Shown: positions 46,156-56,267 of the stretch, piece by piece
Numbering within the stretch: position 1 is the stretch's first letter
How the letters are laid out: each line of letters begins with the position of its first letter
From: Sideroxyarcus sp.
Lineage (GTDB): Bacteria; Pseudomonadota; Gammaproteobacteria; Burkholderiales; Gallionellaceae
Direction of reading: 5' to 3'
DNA length: 64,000 nt
Assembly (NCBI GenBank): GCA_035299445.1
Contig: DATGWO010000035.1
Coordinates: 132,022 to 196,021 of the forward strand
The notes under the pieces: model-generated
Told to the model about the DNA's origin: nothing
The model's input: the letters and a program-made list of their open reading frames with translations, nothing else
Databases searched by the model: none
Position numbers and translations under genes: made by a program

Positions 46156-47544
46156 ATGAGCCACACCGAGAAAAAAGTCACTTCCTTGCGCAGCTACCTC
46201 ATACAGCGACTGCTCGTCTCGCTGTATCTGCTCTGGCTGGTCAGCACCGTCGTGGGCTATTTCGCCACCATCAACTATGCCAACCAGCCTTACGACCTGG
46301 TACTGCTGCAACGCGCCAACGCGGTGGCCGCACAACTCAAGCTAGGCACCGGCCAGGAACAACTGGACATCATCCCCTCGCTGCCGGATGGCTCCGATCC
46401 CGGCATGCCGGACCGCGTGATGTATACCGTCACCGATGGCGATGGCCGGAAACTGGCAGGCGACGCCAACACCCTGCGCCCGCTCTCCTACCGGCGCGGC
46501 AGACCGGGGCCGCTGTTCAGCAACGGCGAACGCGACGGCCAAAAGACACGCATGGTCAGCCTGACCTACCCGTCCAAGGGGCGGGTGCTGCAACTGCATG
46601 TCGCCGAGACCACCGTGCAACGCCAAACGCTGATCAGCGGCATCATCGCCAACATCGTCATCCCGCAGATATTGCTAGCACTCATGGCGCTGGCCGTGGT
46701 CGGCTACGGATTGAAACAGGGACTGCGGCCGCTAGAACGGCTGCGCCGCGAAATGCTCGACCGGCAACGCGACGACTTGCGCCAGCTGGACGGCAGCAAA
46801 GCCCCCGACGAGGTGCGGCCATTGATCGACGCCGTCAACGACCTGCTGGAACGGCTGAAGCGGGTGATGGCGGCGCAGAAACGTTTCGTCGCCGACGCCG
46901 CTCATCAACTGCGTACGCCGCTGGCCGGACTGAAGACGCAAGTGGAACTTGCCCTGCGCGAAGACGACCCCGAACACAAAAAGCGCATCCTGCAGCATGT
47001 GCAGACCAGCGCAAAACACAGCACACACCTGGTGAACCAGCTGTTGATGCTGGCGCGCAACGAACCTGGCGGACAAGGTATCAGCGTTTTCGCCGCGCTC
47101 GACCTCAACCAACTGGCGCGCGAACGCACCATGCATTGCGTGCCGGAGGCGCTGGCCAAGAACATCGATCTCGGCTTCGAGGGCTGCCCGCCCGCGCTGG
47201 TTCGCGGCGACGCCGACAGCCTTGGCGAGATGCTCGGCAACCTGATCGACAATGCCATCCGCTACACCCAGCCGGGCGGCCACATCACCGTCAGCGTGAG
47301 ACAGGAAGAGCGGGACGTCCTGCTGCAAGTCGAGGATAACGGCCCGGGCATCGACAAAAAGCACCACGCGCTGGTGTTCGAACGTTTCTACCGCGTGCTG
47401 GGGAACAGCCAGAGCGGCAGCGGACTGGGCCTGGCCATCGTGGCCGAGATCGCAAAACGGCATGGTGCGGAGCTGTCGCTGACCAGCATCCCGGACATCA
47501 AGGGCGCCCGCTTCAGCATCCGCTTCCCCTCAGCCGCCGCCTGA
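46156..47544 (+). CDS. Sensor histidine kinase (TctE-like)
   Basis: Two TMs, ADAAHQLRTPL, NAIRY, DNGPG, SGLGL. Confidence 0.9.
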   Translation: MSHTEKKVTSLRSYLIQRLLVSLYLLWLVSTVVGYFATINYANQPYDLVLLQRANAVAAQLKLGTGQEQLDIIPSLPDGSDPGMPDRVMYTVTDGDGRKLAGDANTLRPLSYRRGRPGPLFSNGERDGQKTRMVSLTYPSKGRVLQLHVAETTVQRQTLISGIIANIVIPQILLALMALAVVGYGLKQGLRPLERLRREMLDRQRDDLRQLDGSKAPDEVRPLIDAVNDLLERLKRVMAAQKRFVADAAHQLRTPLAGLKTQVELALREDDPEHKKRILQHVQTSAKHSTHLVNQLLMLARNEPGGQGISVFAALDLNQLARERTMHCVPEALAKNIDLGFEGCPPALVRGDADSLGEMLGNLIDNAIRYTQPGGHITVSVRQEERDVLLQVEDNGPGIDKKHHALVFERFYRVLGNSQSGSGLGLAIVAEIAKRHGAELSLTSIPDIKGARFSIRFPSAAA

Positions 47545-47550
47545 ACGATC

Positions 47551-48813
47551 TCAAAACAGGACGTAGACCGCTGCCCCGGCAAAATAGCCCAGCAGCGCCA
47601 GCCCGCTGATCCGTTTCACGTACCAGAAGAATTCGATCTTTTCGATGCCCATCGCGGCCACACCTGCCGCCGAACCGATGATGAGGATGGAACCTCCGGT
47701 TCCTGCCGCATAGGCCATGAACTCCCAGATGAAGGAATCGGCGGGGAACTGCGCCAGCGGATACATCCCCATCGATGCAGCCACCAGGGGTACGTTGTCC
47801 ACCACCGCGCTGGCCAGACCGATCAGCGTCACGATGACCGCTTGGTTCCCCACCGTCGCATCCAGCCATTGCGCCAGCGCGGAGAGAATGTGCGTGTGTT
47901 CCAGCGTCGCGATGGCGAGCAGTATCCCGGTGAAGAAGATCAGCGACGGCATGTCGATGCGCTGTAGCGCGGCAACCAGCGTCAGGCGCTGCTTCTCCTC
48001 CTCGCTCTTGTTGCGGTGGATCAGCTCGCCCGCCAGCCACAACAGGCCGAGACCGAACAGGATGCCCATGAACGGCGGCAGATGGGTCAGGGTCTTGAAC
48101 ACCGGCACGGCACACAGGATGCCCAGACCGGCGGCGAGCATGAAATTGCGCTCGAACGCCGATGTGCGGTATTCGCCGCCGCCGGCTTCGGCTTTGGCCG
48201 GGACGACGACCTGCCTGCCGCGGAAGAAATAACTGACGACCAGCAGCGGGACCATCAGGCTCACCAGCGACGGGAAGAACACCCCTTCCATGATCTTCAA
48301 CGCGGTGATCTGTCCGCCGATCCACAACATGGTGGTGGTCACGTCGCCGATCGGCGACCAGGCACCGCCGGCATTGGCGGCGATGACGATGATGCCGGCG
48401 AAGAACAGCCGGTCTTCGCGTTCACCCAGCAGCTTGCGGGTGACCGAAATCATCACGATGGTCGTGGTCAGGTTGTCGAGCACCGCACTCAGGAAGAAGG
48501 TGACCAGACCGACCAGCCACAACAGCGTAACCAGCCGCGTGGTCTTGATCTTTTCGGTGATGACCTCGAAACCGTCATGCGCGTCGATCACCTCGACGAT
48601 GGCCATCGCCCCCATCAGGAAGAACACGATTTGTGCGGTAGCCGACAATGTCTCGTTCAATTGCTCCGTGACATGGCCGGTATAGACCGCGTAGATGGTC
48701 CACAGCAGCCCGGCACCGATCAGGGCGGGAACGCTCTTGTTGACCTTCAGCGGGTGCTCGAAGGCAATCGCCGCATAGGCGACGACGAAAATCGCGATTA
48801 ACAGTGCATCCAT
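47551..48813 (-). CDS. nhaD: NhaD-family Na+/H+ antiporter
   Basis: LSAVLDNLTT, NAGGAWSPIGDVTTTMLW, SAVVDNVP, GTGGSILIIGSAAGV. Confidence 0.9.
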   Translation of the reverse strand: MDALLIAIFVVAYAAIAFEHPLKVNKSVPALIGAGLLWTIYAVYTGHVTEQLNETLSATAQIVFFLMGAMAIVEVIDAHDGFEVITEKIKTTRLVTLLWLVGLVTFFLSAVLDNLTTTIVMISVTRKLLGEREDRLFFAGIIVIAANAGGAWSPIGDVTTTMLWIGGQITALKIMEGVFFPSLVSLMVPLLVVSYFFRGRQVVVPAKAEAGGGEYRTSAFERNFMLAAGLGILCAVPVFKTLTHLPPFMGILFGLGLLWLAGELIHRNKSEEEKQRLTLVAALQRIDMPSLIFFTGILLAIATLEHTHILSALAQWLDATVGNQAVIVTLIGLASAVVDNVPLVAASMGMYPLAQFPADSFIWEFMAYAAGTGGSILIIGSAAGVAAMGIEKIEFFWYVKRISGLALLGYFAGAAVYVLF

Positions 48814-48919
48814 GGTCTCCACCCTTTCTAAATGTTCTGCGGCCCAATCTTAACAAACCGTCCGCGCAGTCTCGCAAGAATCGGGCCACATCCAGCCCAC
48901 AGACTTCGTGCCCGCCATG

Positions 48920-48952
48920 AAAAAACCCCGCCGAGGAGGAGGAGGCGGGGTT
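48920..48952 (-). terminator. Intrinsic terminator after actP
   Basis: Minus strand aaccccgcc-loop-ggcggggtttttt. Confidence 0.75.
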
Positions 48953-48975
48953 GGAAGGCGCAACTACGGACTGCT

Positions 48976-51060
48976 TTAATGTACCGATGCAGCCTCTGCA
49001 TTGATGCCGGTGTTCTGGCGCACGTAGAGTTCGTCCCACATCTCTTCGGCGCGCTTGTCACGGGTGAACAGCGAACCAAGGATGACCAGCAGGAAGCCGA
49101 GCGGGATGGAGATCAGTCCGGGGTTCTTCAACAGGAAGAACGGTTTCTCCAAGCCCATGATGCTGGTAGTCTGGCCGTCGAACTTGGCCAGGTCGGCTTC
49201 GGCTTTGGCCTTGGCCTTCTCGGTTGCGGCGATATCCTTCTTCACCTTGGCGAGGTCGGCTTCGATCGGGGCTTTCAGCTCAGGTGTGGCAGCCTTGGCG
49301 AGATCGGCTTCCAGTGCCGGCAGCTTGGCGTTCAGGGCGGCCAGCTTGTCGGCCGCGCCCGGCTTGGCAGGCTTCTCCGCAGTAGCCGGTTGTGCCGGCT
49401 TGGCCAGCACGCAACCGTCCAGCGCGAACAGTTCGCACATGAAGCTCGAACGCTCGACGGCGGGTTGTGCTTCCTTGGCCGGCACGGCCGGCTCGCCGTT
49501 CAACACTTTGTTGGCCGAGGCGATCACCGCCTTCGGATAGGTCATGTTGGGCGAGACCATCACCAGGCCGATGGCGGTCAACGTACCCACCACCATGCCG
49601 AGGAGGATGCCGGTGGTGTTGCACTTCTTCCAGTACAGCGTGAGGAACACGGCCGGCAGATTGGAAGAGGCAGCCACCGCGAACGCCAGCGCCACCAGGT
49701 GGGCGACGTTCTGGCCCTTGGCCAGGATACCGACAGTGATCGCGATGATGCCGACGATCACGGAAGCCACGCGCGCTGCCACCACTTGCTCCTTGGGAGT
49801 GGCATGGTCGCCGCGGATCACGCCGACGTAGATGTCGTGCGCCATCGCGGAAGCGGCTGCCAGCACCAGACCGGCCACCACCGCCACGATGGTGGCGAAG
49901 GCCACCGCCGCCACGAAGGCCAGCATGAAGTTGCCCAGCATCGAGTTCTCGCCGCCGCCGAGGAACTGCGCCAGCAGCGGACCGGCCATGTTGCCGCCGG
50001 CGTCCACTGAAGCGATCTTGTCCGGACCGACCAGCATCGCAGCGCCGGTGCCCAGGAACAGGGTCAGCACGTAGAAGCCGCCGATGATGCCCATCGCCCA
50101 GATCACGGAAGTGCGCGCAGCTTGGGCCGTCGGCACGGTAAAGAAGCGCATCAGGATGTGCGGCATGCCGGCGGTGCCCAGCACCAGTGCCAGACCCAGC
50201 GAGATCTGGTCGATCGGGTTCTTCAGGAACAGGCCCGGCTCAAGGAAGCGCTGGCCCAGTTCTTCCGGCGTCATCGTGGCAGCCTTGTCGCCCAGCAACT
50301 TGGCGACTTGTTTCTGCACGTCGGGATCGGCCACCACAGCTTGCAGGTACGACGGCAGGCTGAAGCCGTAAGGCGCCCACACCAGCATCACCAAGATGAT
50401 GGATGCCGCCACCAGCAGCACCGCCTTGGTGATCTGCACCCAGGTGGTTGCCTTCATGCCGCCGAACACCACGTAGGCCAGCATCAGGATGCCGACGCCG
50501 ATCACGGAGATCTCGTAGTCGATGCCGATCAGTGTCTTGATCAGCACGCCGCCGCCGACCATTTGCGCGGTCAGGTAGAAGGTGGACACGGTGATGGTGG
50601 ACAGCGCCGCCACGGTCTTGGTCTTCTTCGGGTCGTTGCGGAAGGCGAGGATGTCGCCCATGGTGTATTTGCCGATGTTGCGGCAAGGCTCGGCGATCAC
50701 CAGCAGCACGGTGATGTAAGCGACCAGCCAGCCCACCGAGTACATGAAGCCGTCGTAGCCGTACAGCGAGATCAGGCCCGCAATACCCAGGAAGGACGCG
50801 GCGGACAGATAGTCGCCCGCGATCGCCCAGCCGTTCTGGATGCCGCTGACCGAACGGCCCGCAGCATAGAACTCGGAAGTGGTATGGGTGGAGCGCGCGG
50901 CCCACCAGGTGATGGCCATGGTCACGGCGATGATCGCGCCGAACACGGCGAAGGTCATCCATTTGTATTCGTCGGCCACTGCGCCGCCCGCCGCGTAGGC
51001 TGCCGTGCAACCCACCAGGGCGATGGCCGCCAGGAAGAAACTGCTCACGTTCTTGCTCAT
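48976..51060 (-). CDS. actP: Cation/acetate symporter ActP with a long C-terminal loop insert
   Basis: FYAAGR, QNGWAIAGDYLSAASFLG, GGMKATTWVQ, GTAGMPHILMRFFTV, AASSNLP. Confidence 0.92.
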   Translation of the reverse strand: MSKNVSSFFLAAIALVGCTAAYAAGGAVADEYKWMTFAVFGAIIAVTMAITWWAARSTHTTSEFYAAGRSVSGIQNGWAIAGDYLSAASFLGIAGLISLYGYDGFMYSVGWLVAYITVLLVIAEPCRNIGKYTMGDILAFRNDPKKTKTVAALSTITVSTFYLTAQMVGGGVLIKTLIGIDYEISVIGVGILMLAYVVFGGMKATTWVQITKAVLLVAASIILVMLVWAPYGFSLPSYLQAVVADPDVQKQVAKLLGDKAATMTPEELGQRFLEPGLFLKNPIDQISLGLALVLGTAGMPHILMRFFTVPTAQAARTSVIWAMGIIGGFYVLTLFLGTGAAMLVGPDKIASVDAGGNMAGPLLAQFLGGGENSMLGNFMLAFVAAVAFATIVAVVAGLVLAAASAMAHDIYVGVIRGDHATPKEQVVAARVASVIVGIIAITVGILAKGQNVAHLVALAFAVAASSNLPAVFLTLYWKKCNTTGILLGMVVGTLTAIGLVMVSPNMTYPKAVIASANKVLNGEPAVPAKEAQPAVERSSFMCELFALDGCVLAKPAQPATAEKPAKPGAADKLAALNAKLPALEADLAKAATPELKAPIEADLAKVKKDIAATEKAKAKAEADLAKFDGQTTSIMGLEKPFFLLKNPGLISIPLGFLLVILGSLFTRDKRAEEMWDELYVRQNTGINAEAASVH

Positions 51061-51381
51061 TTAGATTCTCCCGCCGTTCACGTCATTGATGATCTCTTGC
51101 GCCATCGCGTCGAACTGGGCATTGGCCTTCTTCGAATAGACATAGGCGATGGTCCAGGCCACGACGAACTCGGACAAGGCGAACAGCAGGCCGACGTTGA
51201 TCACGCCCCACACCTTGGTCTTGAACAGATCCTGGTAATACGCTGCGCCTATGGGCAGCATGAAGTAATAGACGATGGAGAACACCATCAACCCCCACAG
51301 GAAGAACGTCTTCTTGCGGTGCAGCGCCTGGAACTTGGGATTGGCGTCGATCGCCGCCCAGTTGATATTCGGATTGGACAT
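51061..51381 (-). CDS. DUF485 (YjcH-like) ActP partner
   Basis: Two TMs; FDAMAQEI; directly upstream of actP. Confidence 0.9.
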   Translation of the reverse strand: MSNPNINWAAIDANPKFQALHRKKTFFLWGLMVFSIVYYFMLPIGAAYYQDLFKTKVWGVINVGLLFALSEFVVAWTIAYVYSKKANAQFDAMAQEIINDVNGGRI

Positions 51382-51451
51382 ACTCGCTCCCTTAAGATAC
51401 TCAACAAGTCGGGTATTGGATTCCCGGCTCTCTCGTACAACGGGACGCGAG

Positions 51452-51483
51452 ATTACGTGAAGATGCTTACGCTCAACTTACAG
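51452..51483 (-). promoter_or_regulatory. ATTAC-N9-CTTAC-N6-CTTAC repeat upstream of DUF485-actP
   Basis: Half-sites at 51452, 51466 and 51477; same spacing as the 45391 site. Confidence 0.6.
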
Positions 51484-52177
51484 CACTGACCCAGCGCTGA
51501 TTCTTTTCCAGATCGCGCAAGCCGGCCATGTCGGCGATATTCCTGGTCAGCGCCTGCGCGTGCGCCACCTGGAGCAGCTGCGCCGTGGCCAGCGCGTCCG
51601 CCAGGGCATTGTGACGGGCATCGATGCGGATGTTGAACTGCCCGATCCAGTCGTCCAGCGCGCGCAGCTTGCGCGCCAGCGGCGGATTCAGCCCCGGCAT
51701 CACATAGGCCAGATCGAGCCAGGGATGCTTGAAGTTCAGCCCCAGGTGGTCGCGCAAGGCGCGCTTGATCATGGTCTCGTCGAAGGTCGCATGGAAGGCG
51801 ACCAGCGGCGATTTGCCGAGATATTCCAGGAAGGCCAGCAGCGCTTCTGCCGGCGGCTCTCCTTTGAGTTGCGCCGAGGTGCCGATGCCGTGCAACAGGA
51901 TATTGTCTTTCTCGCTGGCCGCCTGCTGCTGCAACACCACGTAAAAACTGTCGCCCAGCGCGATCTTGCCGTTCACAACCGCCACCGCGCCGATGGAGAT
52001 GAGGCGATCCTGCATCAGGTTGAGGCCGGTGGTCTCCACATCCACCACCACACAGCGTGAACCGGCGACAGGCGCTTTCAGGTCGGCCGGCGGCAGCGCC
52101 TGCCAGGCACCGAGACGCCGCTGCTGCTGCTCGTCCAGTTGCGGCTTGCTGCCGAACCAGCGCGCCAACCAACTCAT
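51473..52177 (-). CDS. DEDDh 3'-5' exonuclease-fold protein (DnaQ-like)
   Basis: VVDVETTG, AFHATFD, RHNALAD. Confidence 0.88.
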   Translation of the reverse strand: MSWLARWFGSKPQLDEQQQRRLGAWQALPPADLKAPVAGSRCVVVDVETTGLNLMQDRLISIGAVAVVNGKIALGDSFYVVLQQQAASEKDNILLHGIGTSAQLKGEPPAEALLAFLEYLGKSPLVAFHATFDETMIKRALRDHLGLNFKHPWLDLAYVMPGLNPPLARKLRALDDWIGQFNIRIDARHNALADALATAQLLQVAHAQALTRNIADMAGLRDLEKNQRWVSAVS

Positions 52178-54078
52178 CACAGGTGATACTCCATGGACAG
52201 GCGCGCCTGCAGTTTGCGCGCCTGCCGAAACGCCTCTTTCAGGATGCGCCGATCGAGCTCGTTCAGTTTCTCCGGATCGATCAGGTTGTCCAGCGCCTCG
52301 TCGTTCGTCCCCTTCGCGCTGACCTCGTCGTGGTGGCGCAGGCGCAGCACCTGGATGAACAGCAGCGCATCGATCCACGCGTCGATCTCCGACTCATGCA
52401 GATGCATCTTCTCCGCACTCAGGCGCAAACGCTGGATGGTATTGGTCTGCGTCACGCCGGCCGCCAGGCTGAAGATGCGCGCCGCATCGACGAAGGGCGT
52501 GATGCCGTTCACCTTCAGGTCCAGTTTGTTCCCCTTGCCCACCACGAAGTCGCGCACCACGCCCAGCGGCGGCCGGTTGCGCAAAGCGTTCTCCGCCATC
52601 AGGTGCAGAAAGCGGCTGTTGTCACTGGCGACGCGTGCCAGCCAACCGCGCAGCTCCTCGGCCAGATGCTCCGCGCCGTACAGCGCACGGAAATCGAAGA
52701 AGATGGAAGCGTTGAGCAGCTGCTCCGGGGTGCCACCGCCGATCCAGCCGTTGAAAGTGCGCTTCCATTCCTCCAGCGACAGACACCATTTGGGGTTGCT
52801 CGCCATGATCTCGCCCTTGCACAGCGGGAAGCCGCAGCGCGCCAGCGTCTCGTTGATGCGCCGCGCCACCGGCAACAACTTCTCGCGCACCTGATCCGCC
52901 GTCATGCCCTGCGGCACCGCAAAGATGATGGCATTGTCCTGGTCGGTATTCAGCGTCTGCTCGAACCTGCCTTCCGACCCCAAAGCCATCCAGCACAGCC
53001 CGTCGTGCAAAGGCGTACCGACCAATCCGCTGGACTTGCATTCGAGCTCCACCACGCGTGCGTTGAGCAGATCGTTGAAGGTGGAGATGAACTGGGTCAA
53101 CTGCTCCGGCGCCACCCCCTGCGCCATCATGCTGTGCGCCATGCGGCGGATATCGATGGCGGCCTGCTGCAACACCTCGGTCGTCTCGGCATGGCGGATG
53201 GTCGAACCGATCTGGCGCAGGCCGACGCGCTGCAAGGCAAACAGGTCTTTTTCCGACAACAGGCCGACCAGCTTCTCGTTCTCGACTACCAGCACATGGC
53301 GGAAGCCCTGCCTGGCCATCAACAGCGCCGCCTCGTGCGCCAAGGCCTGCGGCGGCAGGCTCGACAGTTGCGTGCTCATGATGTTGATCACCGGCTGGTC
53401 GAGGTTGGCTTGCGGGATGGCGATACGGTCGAGCACGTCGTGCAGGGTCATGATGCCGAGCGGCCGCCCGTCGCCATCGACCGCCACCATGGAACCGATG
53501 CGTTGCTCGCTCATTACCGCCAGCGCCTGACGCACCGTGCTATCCGGCGCGCAGGTGACCGGCGCACGGCGGATGATGGCCGACAGCGGGCTGGCCAGCG
53601 ATTGCTGCTCGACGCTGGACTGGCTGTACTGCGCCTGGATGACCTGCTTGGAATGTTCCAGCAAGTTGGCGATGCGCCGCGTGCAGAAGTCGCGGAACGG
53701 CGCACTCATGCCGATCAGCTCGAGGAAGAACGCATGGGGAAGTTCATAGCAGAAGATATCGCTGCCCGCCCGGTAGACGCTCGCCACCGAGCGATTGGCC
53801 AGCAGCGCGCCCAGCGGAAAACACTCGCCTTCCATCAGCTCCAGCCAGGTATCGGCATCCGAAGCTTTGGCGACGTTCTGCTCGCCGTGCACCACCCCCT
53901 GCTTGATGATGAGAAAGCGGTCCACCGCGCCCTGCTCCGGCGAAACGATCACCTCACCTGCCGCGTAGTAGTCCAGCGTCATGTGCTCCATCATCCACAG
54001 CACATGCGCCAGCTCCATGCGGTCGAACGGCGCGTGTTTAGTAATGAAAGCCAGCTCCGAAGGATGGATCGCGCTCAA
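52177..54078 (-). CDS. cNMP-CBS-CBS-DUF294 nucleotidyltransferase
   Basis: cNMP domain (GECFP), CBS pair, GSEGRFEQTLNTDQDN, FFDFR; TTG start with GGGAG RBS. Confidence 0.9.
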   Translation of the reverse strand: MSAIHPSELAFITKHAPFDRMELAHVLWMMEHMTLDYYAAGEVIVSPEQGAVDRFLIIKQGVVHGEQNVAKASDADTWLELMEGECFPLGALLANRSVASVYRAGSDIFCYELPHAFFLELIGMSAPFRDFCTRRIANLLEHSKQVIQAQYSQSSVEQQSLASPLSAIIRRAPVTCAPDSTVRQALAVMSEQRIGSMVAVDGDGRPLGIMTLHDVLDRIAIPQANLDQPVINIMSTQLSSLPPQALAHEAALLMARQGFRHVLVVENEKLVGLLSEKDLFALQRVGLRQIGSTIRHAETTEVLQQAAIDIRRMAHSMMAQGVAPEQLTQFISTFNDLLNARVVELECKSSGLVGTPLHDGLCWMALGSEGRFEQTLNTDQDNAIIFAVPQGMTADQVREKLLPVARRINETLARCGFPLCKGEIMASNPKWCLSLEEWKRTFNGWIGGGTPEQLLNASIFFDFRALYGAEHLAEELRGWLARVASDNSRFLHLMAENALRNRPPLGVVRDFVVGKGNKLDLKVNGITPFVDAARIFSLAAGVTQTNTIQRLRLSAEKMHLHESEIDAWIDALLFIQVLRLRHHDEVSAKGTNDEALDNLIDPEKLNELDRRILKEAFRQARKLQARLSMEYHL

Positions 54079-54118
54079 GATTGTTCTCCCGTTACCACAC
54101 TGGACTGCCGTTACCGAT

Positions 54119-54910
54119 TCAAACGCCGAACACCTTGGCCAGCTCGGCACCGGGATCGTCGGCACGCATGAACGCTTCGCCGACCAGGAAGGTGTTCACG
54201 CTATGGCCGCGCATCAACTTCACATCGTCCGCCGTGAAGATGCCGCTCTCGGTGACGACGATGCGGTCCTGCGGGATACGCGCCAGCAGGTCCAGCGTGG
54301 TTTGCAACGTCACCTCGAAGGTGCGCAGGTTGCGGTTGTTGATGCCGATCAGCGGCGTCTTCAGTTGCAGCGCGATCGCCAGCTCGTCGCCGTCGTGCAC
54401 CTCCACCAGTACCGCCATGCCCAGCTTGTGCGCCAGCTTTTCGAACGCCTTCATCTGGCTCAGCGTCAACGCCGAGGCGATCAGCAGGATGGCATCCGCC
54501 CCCATCGCGCGTGCCTGGTAGACCTGGTATTCGTGCACCATGAAATCCTTGCGCAGCACCGGCAACTCGCAGGCCGCGCGCGCCTGCCTGAGATAGTCCG
54601 CGCTGCCCTGGAAGAACTGCTCGTCGGTCAGCACCGACAGACAGGCCGCGCCGTGCTTTGCATAACTCGCCGCGATCTCGGCGGGACGGAAATCCTCGCG
54701 AATCACCCCTTTGCTCGGACTGGCTTTCTTGATCTCGGCGATCACGGCCGACTTTCCGGCTGCGATCTTGCCGCGTATGGCCGCGACGAAATCGCGCGGC
54801 GCTGCGGCTTGCTCGGCTTCGGCGCGCAATTGCGGCAATGGCTTATTGGTCAGCGCGAAGGCGACTTCCTGTGCCTTCACCGCAAGGATTTTTTTCAGAA
54901 TATCGGACAT
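54119..54910 (-). CDS. trpC: Indole-3-glycerol phosphate synthase
   Basis: [32 protein letters not shown]. Confidence 0.98.
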   Translation of the reverse strand: MSDILKKILAVKAQEVAFALTNKPLPQLRAEAEQAAAPRDFVAAIRGKIAAGKSAVIAEIKKASPSKGVIREDFRPAEIAASYAKHGAACLSVLTDEQFFQGSADYLRQARAACELPVLRKDFMVHEYQVYQARAMGADAILLIASALTLSQMKAFEKLAHKLGMAVLVEVHDGDELAIALQLKTPLIGINNRNLRTFEVTLQTTLDLLARIPQDRIVVTESGIFTADDVKLMRGHSVNTFLVGEAFMRADDPGAELAKVFGV

Positions 54911-54990
54911 GCTGTGCTTTCTTGAACAAGGCCAGCATTCTAGCGCATGCGCAATGCTAAAATGCGCGCCTCTCTAATGAGAAAAGCAAC

Positions 54991-56250
54991 ATGGAAAACA
55001 TTAAGGAATACATGAAGTCCGTCGGGAAACAGGCGCGCGCCGCATCGCGCCTGATGGCGCAGGCCGACGCCAACGCCAAGAACCACGCGCTGGAAAATAT
55101 CGCCACGGCCATCCTGCTCAACAGCGCGAAGCTCCTCGCCGAAAACGCCAAGGACGTCGCTGCCGCCAAGGCCAACGGCATCGACCCGGCCTCCATCGAC
55201 CGCCTGACGCTCACCGAAAAGACCGTCCAGGGCATGGCCGAAGGCCTGCGCCAGATCGCCGCGCTGCCCGACCCCATCGGCGAGATCAGCGACATGAAAT
55301 ATCGCCCGTCCGGCATCCAGGTCGGCAAGATGCGCGTACCTCTCGGCGTCATCGGCATCATCTACGAATCGCGCCCGAACGTGACGGCGGACGCCGCCGG
55401 CCTGTGCCTGAAATCCGGCAACGCCGCCATCCTGCGCGGCGGTTCCGAGGCCATCCATTCCAACCGTGCCATCGCCGCCTGCGTCTACCAGGGCTTGCGT
55501 GAAGCCGGGTTGCCCGAGACGGCTGTGCAGGTGGTGAACACCACCGACCGCGCCGCCGTAGGCGAGCTCATCACCATGCCGGAATACGTGGACATCATCG
55601 TGCCGCGCGGCGGCAAGGGCCTGATCGAGCGCATCTCCAGTGATGCCAAGGTGCCGGTGATCAAGCACCTGGATGGCATCTGCCATGTGTACATCGACGA
55701 CGAGGCCGATCTGCAAAAAGCCATCCGCATCGCCGACAACGCAAAGACCCACCGCTACGGCGTGTGCAACGCGATGGAGACGCTGCTGGTGAACGCCGAC
55801 GTCGCGGCACAAGTGTTGCCCGAGCTGTGCGCCATCTACACCAAGAAAGGCGTCGAACTGCGCGGCGACGATGCCGCACGCAAGCTCGTCGCAGGGATGA
55901 AGGTTGCCACCGAGGAAGACTGGCGCACCGAATACCTCGCGCCAATCCTGAGCGTGCGCGTGGTGGCCGGTCTGGACGAGGCCATCGCCCACATCAACAC
56001 CTACAGTTCGCAGCACACCGACAGCATCGTCACCGAGAACTACAGCAAGGCGATGCGCTTCCTGCGCGAAGTGGATTCCGCCAGCGTGATGGTGAACGCC
56101 TCCACGCGTTTCGCCGACGGTTTCGAATTCGGGCTGGGCGCGGAGATCGGTATCTCCACCGACAAGATCCATGCGCGCGGCCCGGTCGGGCTGGAAGGGC
56201 TGACCTCGCAAAAATTCATCGTGCTCGGCAACGGGCAAATCCGCATCTGA
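54991..56250 (+). CDS. proA: Glutamate-5-semialdehyde dehydrogenase
   Basis: [38 protein letters not shown]. Confidence 0.98.
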   Translation: MENIKEYMKSVGKQARAASRLMAQADANAKNHALENIATAILLNSAKLLAENAKDVAAAKANGIDPASIDRLTLTEKTVQGMAEGLRQIAALPDPIGEISDMKYRPSGIQVGKMRVPLGVIGIIYESRPNVTADAAGLCLKSGNAAILRGGSEAIHSNRAIAACVYQGLREAGLPETAVQVVNTTDRAAVGELITMPEYVDIIVPRGGKGLIERISSDAKVPVIKHLDGICHVYIDDEADLQKAIRIADNAKTHRYGVCNAMETLLVNADVAAQVLPELCAIYTKKGVELRGDDAARKLVAGMKVATEEDWRTEYLAPILSVRVVAGLDEAIAHINTYSSQHTDSIVTENYSKAMRFLREVDSASVMVNASTRFADGFEFGLGAEIGISTDKIHARGPVGLEGLTSQKFIVLGNGQIRI

Positions 56251-56267
56251 CAAGGAAAGAGAAAACA

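Noticed and set aside
51473-52177. Exonuclease as DNA polymerase III epsilon (dnaQ)
   Set aside because: It lacks the C-terminal alpha-binding region and is coupled to DUF294, the typical non-replicative context.
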